A DNA stretch of 32,000 nt from an uncultured Chloroflexia bacterium (GTDB taxonomy: Bacteria; Chloroflexota; Anaerolineae; Anaerolineales; Anaerolineaceae). The position numbers were made by a program, and so were the translations under genes. Shown piece after piece: positions 7,030-15,189 of this stretch (its first letter is position 1; each line of letters begins with the position of its first letter). The notes under the pieces are model-generated. The model did not search any database. It was not told the origin of the DNA and saw nothing but the letters and a program-made list of their open reading frames with translations. The stretch covers positions 3,300,001 through 3,332,000 of the forward strand of contig OY969938.1 of assembly GCA_963704755.1 (NCBI GenBank). Direction: 5' to 3'.

Positions 7030-9925
7030 TGACTCGCTTTGGGAGATGCGAGAGCCTAAAATTAACTCGGATGGGCATTCCCCCCTAATTATCGGCTATA
7101 TGGGTAGCGAATCTCACCAACCCGATATCGAGTTTATTGCCCCGGTGCTGTATCACCTCTTTAGCCTTTTCCCGAAAGAGATCGAGGTTCACTTTTGGGG
7201 GATAAAACCGCCACAAATGCTTGCGGGTTTCTCCCAGGTTAAATGGATACCAGCACATTCATATGAGTATGTAGACTTCGCCCGAGATTTTCAAACCCAT
7301 GACGCAGACATATTCATCGCGCCATTGGTAGATAATCCATTCAATCGTGCTAAGAGCCCGCTCAAATTTTTTGAGTATTCTTCAATTGGCGTTCCAGGGG
7401 TCTATAGCCGTTTAGAGCCCTTTGAGCAGATGATCACCCATGGCCAGGACGGGTTGCTGGCTTCATCTCCCGAAGAATGGCTCGAATGTCTGACTCAATT
7501 GATTCAAAGCCCGGAATTACGATCTCAACTTGCCCACGGCGCTCAAGAAACGATTCGCTCGAAGTGGTTGTTGTCTCAGAATGCTTATCGATGGCGAGAT
7601 GTATATACACAAATAGCTCAACAGCCACCATCCAACGATGTTAACGATGCGCCTCTGGTTGACTTGGTAAAGTCAGTCACGCATCAATATTATGACCTTG
7701 GCATGTATCGAACACAGTATATTCAGCAATTGAGTGAAAAGGACCAACAACTTATTGCCCTTGCGTTCGAATTGGACAAAATCAAGTTAAGTAATTCATG
7801 GAGGATAGCTTTATTAATAAAGAGCCTGTGGGGTAAAGTAATTCCACCGGATACGTCCCGCGCAAAATTGGCGGACTTCTTTCTCCAGCGGATCCATGAT
7901 CGAAATGCGAAACGCGCCCGGAGAAAAAGGAAAGCAGCTTTTGACAGCTTTTTGAATTCGGGCCAGAATATCGTTCAATGCAAAGAAGTTGGTCACCACC
8001 GGGAATCGATTGATATTGTGGTCTGTGTTCATAATGCATTTGACGATGTACGTGCCTATTTAGAATCGGTTGTAACGCATAGCACGGATCCATACTCCAT
8101 AATCATTGTGGATGATGGCAGTATCGAACCCACCAAGGGATACCTCAAAACCTTCGCTGCGAACGAACCCAGGTGCGGGCTGATTCGGAACGACGAGGCA
8201 AAAGGATACACATTAGCAGCCAATATAGGCATGCATGCTTCTCTATCTCCGTTTGTTATTTTGTTGAATAGTGACACGATCGTTGGCCCAGAATGGCTCG
8301 ATCGGATGTATCGCGCCATTACGGTTGATGAAAAAATTGGCATTGTCGGGCCCCTGGCGAATACTGCGTCCTGGCAATCGATACCGGTTTTAAGCAGCGA
8401 TGGCGATTGGGCGATCAACACGTTACCCCCAAACCAGACCCCGGCAGATATGAGCAGGTTGATCGCCAAATATTCTGCCTGCATATTGCCTCAGGTACCG
8501 TTGATAAATGGCTTTTGCCTGATGATTCGTAAAACACTTATTGATGAAATTGGCTATTTCGATGAAGAGAATTTTGGGCAAGGGTACGGCGAAGAGGACG
8601 ATTTTACCCTGCGGGCCGGCAAAGCGGGATGGAAAAAAGTCATCGCAGATGATGTTTACATCTTTCATGCGCAGTCAAAGAGTTATTCCAATAGCAGAAG
8701 GTACGTCCTTTCCAGGCAAAGTGGGGAGAAACTGCGCAACAAACATGGCATCGACCTGATTGCCAACAGCGTAGCGTTCATGAATCCCAACCGGGTCATG
8801 GATGGAATCCGAAGCCGGGCAAACATTATGGTAGCCAGGGAAGAGACTCTCGAAAGAGGCCGGGGGGCCTTCTCCGGCAAGCGTCTCCTGATCATCCTGC
8901 CCGTGATCGATGCCGGCGGGGGAGCAAACGTAATTATCGATGAAGCCAGGTATATGCTCCAAATGGGCGTGGATGTCAGGATATTTAATCTGTCGAATTA
9001 TAAAGCGGGCTTTTTGGAAAACTACCCACATTTGGATATCCCCACTATTTTTGGAGGCGTAAACGAATTACCAAAAATCGCATCCGATTTTAATGCAGTG
9101 GTTGCTTCAGCAAATTATTCGGTGGAATGGCTCTTACCTATCCAAAAACTCGATGTGGTCCCAACGCTTGGATACTACGTACAGGGTTACGAACCGCTAA
9201 TGTACCCGGATGGCTCTGAACAGGCCAGAGACGCTCAGGCGAGCTACACCCTCATTGAGGGCTGTAAACTTTTTACAAAGACTGAATGGAATCGCAGGAT
9301 GGTTTTTGATCACACCGGAGCCAGATCGGATGTGGTGGGTATTAGTGTCAATATCGATTTATTCCGTCCTCGTGACATGGTTCCGTTAGGAGAAAGACCT
9401 GTCCGAATTGTAGCTATGGTCCGCCCAGGCTCTCCATATCGCAATCCAATAATGACCATGTCCATTCTCAAAGAAATTGAAAAAAAATATGGTAAAGACG
9501 TCGATATCTGGATTTTTGGGGCGGATGATGTCCGCGATATGGCCAATCAACAATACCTGGACTTCAACTGGAGGCAACTGGGGAAGTTAACCCAACACCA
9601 GGTTGCTTCTGTCATGAGTAAAGCGGATATTTTCACGGACTTTTCTACCCACCAGGCCATGGGGTTGACTGCGTTGGAGGCTATGGCGGCGGGATGCTCA
9701 GTCATCGTTCCAAAAATGGGCGGGGCGGTTGAATTCGTTCACAATCGAGAAAATGGAATCGTGGTCGATACTTCCAACGTTAAAGAAAGCTTACAGGCAT
9801 TAGAAGAGCTGGTGGAAGATGATAATTTGCGCAAGGAATTACAGATCGAGGGTATCAAAGATGTCGTTCAATATTTTCCGGAGAGAGTCAGCTATAACAT
9901 TTTAAAAACTCTCTTTACGTCTTAA
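6977..9925 (+). CDS. multidomain glycosyltransferase (rest of GT-B domain, coiled-coil linker, GT2 domain, C-terminal GT4-like domain)
   Basis: GT2 block IDIVVCVHNAFDDV..IIIVDDGS..LLNSDT..YGEEDDF at roughly 8000-8720. C-terminal GT-B block QAMGLTALEAMAAGCSVIVPKMGGAVEFVHNRENGIVVD. Heptad-like linker around aa 240-300. Confidence 0.8.
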   Translation: MRSMGSLMNVAVLPNFFDDSLWEMREPKINSDGHSPLIIGYMGSESHQPDIEFIAPVLYHLFSLFPKEIEVHFWGIKPPQMLAGFSQVKWIPAHSYEYVDFARDFQTHDADIFIAPLVDNPFNRAKSPLKFFEYSSIGVPGVYSRLEPFEQMITHGQDGLLASSPEEWLECLTQLIQSPELRSQLAHGAQETIRSKWLLSQNAYRWRDVYTQIAQQPPSNDVNDAPLVDLVKSVTHQYYDLGMYRTQYIQQLSEKDQQLIALAFELDKIKLSNSWRIALLIKSLWGKVIPPDTSRAKLADFFLQRIHDRNAKRARRKRKAAFDSFLNSGQNIVQCKEVGHHRESIDIVVCVHNAFDDVRAYLESVVTHSTDPYSIIIVDDGSIEPTKGYLKTFAANEPRCGLIRNDEAKGYTLAANIGMHASLSPFVILLNSDTIVGPEWLDRMYRAITVDEKIGIVGPLANTASWQSIPVLSSDGDWAINTLPPNQTPADMSRLIAKYSACILPQVPLINGFCLMIRKTLIDEIGYFDEENFGQGYGEEDDFTLRAGKAGWKKVIADDVYIFHAQSKSYSNSRRYVLSRQSGEKLRNKHGIDLIANSVAFMNPNRVMDGIRSRANIMVAREETLERGRGAFSGKRLLIILPVIDAGGGANVIIDEARYMLQMGVDVRIFNLSNYKAGFLENYPHLDIPTIFGGVNELPKIASDFNAVVASANYSVEWLLPIQKLDVVPTLGYYVQGYEPLMYPDGSEQARDAQASYTLIEGCKLFTKTEWNRRMVFDHTGARSDVVGISVNIDLFRPRDMVPLGERPVRIVAMVRPGSPYRNPIMTMSILKEIEKKYGKDVDIWIFGADDVRDMANQQYLDFNWRQLGKLTQHQVASVMSKADIFTDFSTHQAMGLTALEAMAAGCSVIVPKMGGAVEFVHNRENGIVVDTSNVKESLQALEELVEDDNLRKELQIEGIKDVVQYFPERVSYNILKTLFTS

Positions 9926-9945
9926 AGGAAATATTTTAAAATACC

Positions 9946-10057
9946 GTAACTATTCAGGCTCCTGTTAAGAAGTTACCGAATATGAGGTGCGTGCGGGGGC
10001 AGCGCCCCCGCACGCACCTCATATTCGGATTTCTTCCCCGCCAGGCTGAGCAGTTAC
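9946..10057. mobile_element. 112-nt foldback MITE-like element, copy 1 (A-end left, B-end right)
   Basis: Termini GTAAC...GTTAC. Perfect 25-bp central stem 9976-10000 / 10004-10028 with loop AGC. Flanked by identical 8-mers AAAATACC (9938-9945 and 10058-10065). Confidence 0.7.
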
Positions 10058-10394
10058 AAAATACCGTCACCCAAACAGGAAAAAATCGAGTAAAGTTGTG
10101 CTATTCACACCTCAAGGTTACTCGAAAAGCCATGCCAGGGGTTGTGGCGCTTTTTCAAAACAAGACAAATTTTATGTCAACGAATTGCTCTGGAAAGCAA
10201 TTCAATAGCCGCTTTTTCGCTGAGATATTCCGGTTTGAGCGCTTTGCACATTGTCCTTAGCCTGTGACATGCCTTTGGTTGGCGAGGGTCTTGATTTTTC
10301 GGCGGTTTTCTGGGTTTGTCCTTATTCCACTGATGGACACAGCAAACAATAATCTCCTAAAAATTATTCAACTTTACACAAACGAGGGATATTA

Positions 10395-11783
10395 ATGAAT
10401 GAGGAAACAATTCACGGATTTAGGAAAAATTGGGTCCGCATAAACCCGACTTTTGTGTTTATCGTTTTGCTGTCTATTTTTGTTGCATATTCCGCTTATT
10501 TGGCATGTAATCTCCAGCGAGGCATCTTGCCGGATGAGACCGCCCATTTTGCCTTCTCTGAGCACTACTCGACGACCTGGGCCATCCCTAAAGACACTCC
10601 CGAGACGTATCAATATGGTTGGTACATCAAACAAAACCCTTTCTTGTATTATTGGGTAAATGGCCGGGCATTGAACGCCCTCAATTTGGTTGTACCAGGG
10701 GCGAGCGATTGGCAAAAATTGGTTTTCCTGCGTTTATTGAGCGTAATTTTTTCGGCAGGAACGGTGGTGTTTTGTTATCTCCTTTCCAAGGAAATAATCA
10801 GGCATAAGTGGTGGCAACTTTTACCTGTTTTTTTGCTTACCAATACATTGATGTTTGTTTTTCTATCCGCCGGGGTCAGTTATGACAATCTTGCCAATTT
10901 CTTTAGTTTCGTAGGGCTATATTTTCTCGTCAGAGTGATGAATGGGAAAGATTACCTTTCCAATAGCCTTGGGTGGATTCTGTTTATTTGCCTGGCTGCT
11001 TTGGTGAAATACCCGATATTGCCGCTTGCCTTGGGAATGGCGGTTGCCTGGATAATTTATACAGTATATAAAAGGTCATTCATTTTTCCTTTGAAAATCA
11101 ATAGCCCAAAACTAATTGTGCTGGGCTCGCTTACTGCCCTGGCGATTTTCGGAAATCTGGCAATATATGGCGTCAATCTTTTGACCTACCACTCCCTTAC
11201 ACCCGCCTGTACCGATTTATTAAGTAAGGAACAGTGCGAATTGAGCCCGTATGTGGCTCGCGATAATCAGATTGCACTAGATCATAAGATGAGTATCGTC
11301 GAGAGCGTCCAACGAGGATACCCTGATCCGGTTGAATACGTGATCTACTCCTGGGTTCCGAATATGCTCAATCGCATTTACGGGGTCCTTGCACATCTCA
11401 GTTATTTTCCTACCCACATCGTTACTTTTTATTACTTGTTATTGATTTGGTGGTTGTTACTACTCGTTCGCTATTGGAAGCAACCCTCGTTTGCAATCTA
11501 TAGTCTGCTGGGGATATTTTTGTTTTATTCTCTGGTATTGCTTTACATAAATTATTCTTCTGAGCTTTCTTATGGATTTAAACAAATTGCGATGCAAGGG
11601 AGGTATGTTTTCCCTGTCATTGGGGCAGCTTATGTCCTCGTAGGCTCTCTTTTTACAATCATAAAAAATCGAGGCCTCCGCTTGACCACATTGATTTTTA
11701 CCCTGGCGCTATTTTTCTATGGGGGGCCGATTAAGTTTATCGTCTTGCATAATACCGTCTTCAATGGCTGGTTTATTAAATAA
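10395..11783 (+). CDS. polytopic membrane protein, DUF2142/GT-C-like glycosyltransferase candidate
   Basis: 462 aa with more than 10 hydrophobic segments and an early extracytoplasmic LPDETAHF motif, as in GT-C/DUF2142 proteins. Located in the glycan locus. Confidence 0.6.
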   Translation: MNEETIHGFRKNWVRINPTFVFIVLLSIFVAYSAYLACNLQRGILPDETAHFAFSEHYSTTWAIPKDTPETYQYGWYIKQNPFLYYWVNGRALNALNLVVPGASDWQKLVFLRLLSVIFSAGTVVFCYLLSKEIIRHKWWQLLPVFLLTNTLMFVFLSAGVSYDNLANFFSFVGLYFLVRVMNGKDYLSNSLGWILFICLAALVKYPILPLALGMAVAWIIYTVYKRSFIFPLKINSPKLIVLGSLTALAIFGNLAIYGVNLLTYHSLTPACTDLLSKEQCELSPYVARDNQIALDHKMSIVESVQRGYPDPVEYVIYSWVPNMLNRIYGVLAHLSYFPTHIVTFYYLLLIWWLLLLVRYWKQPSFAIYSLLGIFLFYSLVLLYINYSSELSYGFKQIAMQGRYVFPVIGAAYVLVGSLFTIIKNRGLRLTTLIFTLALFFYGGPIKFIVLHNTVFNGWFIK

Positions 11784-11933
11784 GTCATGGCAGCCCAACT
11801 TTTTGGCGGTTAATAATTCATATTCTGATATCCATTGACGCCATGCACTGATTCCGTCCGTTTCTCGACGGACAGGCCGGTCGGGCATAAGGTGTCCCAA
11901 GCGCAACTTTCCCCTCGATAGGCGTCAGGCATT

Positions 11934-12257
11934 TTACGGCATAGGCTTGCCGCGGATGCCCGCATCCAGTTCATAGAGGAGCCTGTCCAGGCGGCTTTTC
12001 CCAGCCTGGCGAGTGGGCATCTGCAGCGGGATTGCGCGCACCTCCGCGGGAACGTGTTGGAGCGTCCAGTAGACCTCGCCAGTGGTGATATTCGTATAGC
12101 CGGCTTGCTCGATCTTGAGAGCCAGGGCCGCCAGGGTGACCCCGGCGATGATCTCCATGGGAACCTGCGACCGGTCGATCGGAAGGATTCCGGCCATAAA
12201 GTTAAGGCTGTGGGGCGAATTCTTCTGCACAGCAGGCGTTGCGTTGAAATCCTTCAT
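11934..12257 (-). pseudogene. truncated paralog (C-terminal ~75 aa) of the 13697..14236 gene
   Basis: ...ALALKIEQAGYTNITTGEVYWTLQHVPAEVRAIPLQMPTRQAGKSRLDRLLYELDAGIRG aligns to the C-terminus of the 179-aa protein. The N-terminal 30 aa are unrelated and there is no SD before the ATG. Confidence 0.55.
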
Positions 12258-12526
12258 ATAAACTAATATACAGTGCTTTTGCCCTTTTTTTCAACGACTT
12301 CTGCTGGCAAGCGAAATTTCCCCCGGCGCTGAAGCGTGGCCCCGGCCGAGAATTGCTTAAGAGCGGCCGGCCGACGCGTTAAACGCTTCGCCGTGAACAT
12401 CCCTGCTGCGGTTTTCTTGACCCCCTCAGGGCAGGCTGCATCTCTATGCTGAAATATCGCGGCGATATCGATTGTGGTGAGCGGATAAAAGTGGTGCGGC
12501 CAAAGCTGGCCTATAGCGCCCGCCGG

Positions 12527-13387
12527 TTAGCGGTAGAGGTTATCGAACACAGCCTGCGGGGCGGCGGCCAGGCCGATGACCGTGGGGCCGGCGTGCGCGC
12601 CCAGGACCAGGGTGACCGTCACCAGTTGGTCCTCGACTGCGTTGAGCATCTCATGGACGGTTTCGCGCAGCATTTCTACCCCCGGCAGGTTGCTGCCATG
12701 CATTAGTTGGATGCGCAGTTTCTGATCGCCGAAATGCTCGTGTACTTTGCTGACCATCTTGCGGACCGCGCGCGAGACGGTCATTTCCTGGCCTACGTTG
12801 TAGTAGCGGCCGTCTTCCTCGTTCATGCCGATGATCGGTTTGATTTTGAGGATCGAGCCGAAGATGCTTTTCAAGTGGTTGATCCGCCCGCTGTGAATGA
12901 GGTATTTGAGGTCGCTGAAGGAAACCATGGTGTTGGTATTGTTTTTTACCTGCTGCATGGCTGCGAGGATGCGCTCTTTGTTCCAACCCGATTTGTTGCC
13001 GCGTGCGGCTACTTCCACCATCCAACCCAGGGCCGGCCCGACGGTATACGAATCGACGACGGTGATATGGGGATTGGCGACGATGCGGGCAGCATGTTCG
13101 GCGGAGGAGTACGAGCCGCTCAGGCCGGAGGACAAATGGACCGAAAGGATCTCCTCCTGGCCGCACTTCTCGAACACGTTGACATAATCACCCACGGATG
13201 GCTGCGATGTAGAGACGAATTCGTTGGGATTTTCGAGGTACATACGATACAGGTCTTCAGGGAGAATATCAATTCCATCCTTATAGGTCTTGCCCATAAA
13301 CGTAACCTGGAAAGGCACTACTTCTACACCTAAATTGGCCGCTTTTTCAACGGATAGGTTTGCCGCAGCATCAGTAACTACTCTCAT
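12527..13387 (-). CDS. DegV family fatty-acid-binding protein
   Basis: 286 aa: MRVVTDAAANL...TSQPSVGDY...LSVHLSSGLSGSYSSA, typical DegV blocks. AAGGA SD 9 nt upstream. Confidence 0.85.
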   Translation of the reverse strand: MRVVTDAAANLSVEKAANLGVEVVPFQVTFMGKTYKDGIDILPEDLYRMYLENPNEFVSTSQPSVGDYVNVFEKCGQEEILSVHLSSGLSGSYSSAEHAARIVANPHITVVDSYTVGPALGWMVEVAARGNKSGWNKERILAAMQQVKNNTNTMVSFSDLKYLIHSGRINHLKSIFGSILKIKPIIGMNEEDGRYYNVGQEMTVSRAVRKMVSKVHEHFGDQKLRIQLMHGSNLPGVEMLRETVHEMLNAVEDQLVTVTLVLGAHAGPTVIGLAAAPQAVFDNLYR

Positions 13388-13404
13388 TCAATTATTCCTT
13401 TTTG

Positions 13405-13516
13405 GTAACCTTACAGGCCAGTTCGGGCACGATGTGTGTTTTTGTGGGTTTTCGCGCGGCGAAACCCGTGAAAAGCAACAAAAACACACTACCTTCCAAG
13501 GTGGCTGACCAGTTAC
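13405..13516. mobile_element. 112-nt foldback MITE-like element, copy 2 (A-end left)
   Basis: GTAAC...GTTAC termini. 12-bp stem 13434-13445 / 13478-13489 enclosing a nested GGGTTTTCGC/GCGAAACCC hairpin. Flanking 8-mers CCTTTTTG / CTTTTTTG (7/8). Confidence 0.65.
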
Positions 13517-13696
13517 CTTTTTTGTTTTATTCTCGACAGGGGGGATAGATGGAAATTTCCAATGGGTGATAAACAAATCATCGACTGGATTGTGACACTG
13601 AATGATGCCAAGATTAAATTGTATATATATTGTACCATTTAGGGAAGAAATATCTGTCTGGTACGGGGTTCTAATAATATGCTAATGCCCCCGGCT

Positions 13697-14236
13697 CTAC
13701 ACCTGGCCGCGGATGCCCGCATCCAGTTCATAGAGGAGCCTGTCCAGGCGGCTTTTCCCCGCCGGACGAGCGGGCATGTGCAGCAAGACCTCGCGCGCTT
13801 CGGCGGGGACGTGTGCGATTGCCCAATGGATCTCACGATCGGCGATGTCTGCATCGCCGGCCTGGTCGAGCTCGAGCGCCAGGGCGGCGTAAGCCGCCGG
13901 GCCGAGGATATGCTTGGTCTGGTTGACGTTCGCCAGGGGGTGCGTGTAGGCGGACGAAGCGGCCAGGCCGGCGGCGCGAGCGGCCGCTGAGGCAGCTGGG
14001 TCGCCAGCTTCACGGGCAGCAGCCATGGCTGCCAGGGCCAGGGTGCGCAACTGGGCCGTGCGCTTACCTCCGGCGGCAAACACGCGGATGCCTTCGATCG
14101 CCGCGCGGGGCCGGGTATCGGAACCGGGGTACTTCTCGAACACCGGCAAAGCCCTTTCGGCGCAGTCCGCGGCCCAGCCTCCCAGGGCCTGGAGCGACTC
14201 CATACTCAATGGGAAATATTGGGGCTCATTGCTCAT
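13697..14236 (-). CDS. conserved all-helical protein (family I recall as 'putative immunity protein', often mis-annotated SbcC)
   Basis: 179 aa: WAADCAERALPVFEKYPGSDTRPRAAIEGIRVFAAGGKRTAQLR...AARAAGLAASSAYTHPLA...KHILGPAAYAALA. The functional name comes from memory only. Confidence 0.5.
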   Translation of the reverse strand: MSNEPQYFPLSMESLQALGGWAADCAERALPVFEKYPGSDTRPRAAIEGIRVFAAGGKRTAQLRTLALAAMAAAREAGDPAASAAARAAGLAASSAYTHPLANVNQTKHILGPAAYAALALELDQAGDADIADREIHWAIAHVPAEAREVLLHMPARPAGKSRLDRLLYELDAGIRGQV

Positions 14237-14322
14237 CTTCCATTACCTTCTACCATATTTAGTTTGTGGTACCCAATGCGCCGGCGGCGTGCGCATGACG
14301 ATCCGCGCTAGAGTGTTCGGCT

Positions 14323-15000
14323 TCAGGCTGGTTTGCCGGTCAGGTCCTTGTCTTCCATTTCCCAGGCGTGATCGAGGGTGTGATAGGCGGTGTGGCGGAT
14401 CAGGTAGCGCAGTGGCCAGGTGCGGGCCATTTTGCCCTGGGCATGCAACGCCCGAATGGCGTCGCAATAGGCGCCGCGGAAGGCGTTCAATCCCTCGGCG
14501 GTCAGCAGGGTGTCGAAAGGCGTGAGCAGGCCGAGCTTCTTGGCCCAATCCAGCTCGGTAGCCAACACATGGCGGACGATGCGGTCGCGGTCCCGCCCGC
14601 CGCCGCGCGGACCGCGCTGCAGCTCGGCCGATACGCGCGCCCGCACCGTATCGAAAAACGACCAGCCGGCCCGCATCAAAGCCAGTTCGCGCTCCAGGGC
14701 TTCGTCTGACATAATTTGGTTGTCTATGCTCGAAAACGCGAACGAGATACCCCAGAAGTCGGTCGAGCCCGTGCCCGGGTAGCGCTCGACCACGTCCGCG
14801 GCGCTGGGGTTTGCAAAGGCAGCCTCCAGCCCGGCCAGCCTGGCCACCATTGCATAGCGCGGGACGTAGGCGAGCAAGCGTTCGAGCGCCGCCGCCTCGG
14901 TCGAGCCGCCGCGCTCGAGGCCGGGCCAGTCCGGCGCCACCGCCACCACCTTCTTGCCCCTCGGCCCAATTTCCAAGGTCACCCGCATCGGATTGGTCAT
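14323..15000 (-). CDS. hypothetical protein with DinB-like C-terminal His motif
   Basis: Start moved to ATG 15000 (MTNPMRVTLEIG), which has GGAG 7 nt upstream. C-terminus RHTAYHTLDHAWEME resembles DinB-type four-helix-bundle proteins. The coding call is more certain than the function. Confidence 0.5.
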   Translation of the reverse strand: MTNPMRVTLEIGPRGKKVVAVAPDWPGLERGGSTEAAALERLLAYVPRYAMVARLAGLEAAFANPSAADVVERYPGTGSTDFWGISFAFSSIDNQIMSDEALERELALMRAGWSFFDTVRARVSAELQRGPRGGGRDRDRIVRHVLATELDWAKKLGLLTPFDTLLTAEGLNAFRGAYCDAIRALHAQGKMARTWPLRYLIRHTAYHTLDHAWEMEDKDLTGKPA

Positions 15001-15189
15001 GGCTGCTCCTCTCTCTGTCAGAGGGTAATTGTATACTACAAAGCGATGGGATTCAAAATGGGAATTGGAGAGGAGGGGGTTTAAATTTGATTGAAACACA
15101 ACCTATTAAATGGTAAATCAAATTCCACATCTTGCGGAAATCCAGTATGTAAGGCGCGGTCCGGTTTTGACCGCACCGTTTTTCGAGTT

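Noticed and set aside
9946-10057. Integron attC sites, because these are imperfect palindromes of attC-like length ending in ..AAC / GTT..
   Set aside because: The termini do not fit RYYYAAC / GTTRRRY (CCGTAAC and GTTACAA). The copies are dispersed 3-9 kb apart in both orientations rather than punctuating cassettes. No intI is present. The 8-bp flanking direct repeats point to transposition instead.
9982-10260. 92-aa ORF (MRCVRGQRPRTHLIFG...)
   Set aside because: It begins inside the perfect 25-bp palindrome of the MITE copy, has no SD and no family resemblance. It is a translation artefact of the hairpin.
12651-13333. Long antisense or alternative-frame ORFs inside DegV (171 aa and 208 aa). 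Similar ones lie inside the prenyltransferase-like gene, the kinase and the FtsX permease (for example 1463-1861, 20041-20601, 23396-24139, 24239-24928, 24938-25516).
   Set aside because: These are typical shadow ORFs of GC-rich coding regions. They are Arg/Pro/Gly-rich and low in complexity, lack motifs, and each lies fully within a gene with clear family signatures.
15146-15180. Hairpin GCGGTC/GACCGC followed by GTTTTT, as a terminator between the DUF4352-like and DinB-like genes
   Set aside because: The T-run is on the plus strand, whereas both flanking genes are on the minus strand. The stem is short. It is not convincing as a functional terminator for either gene.
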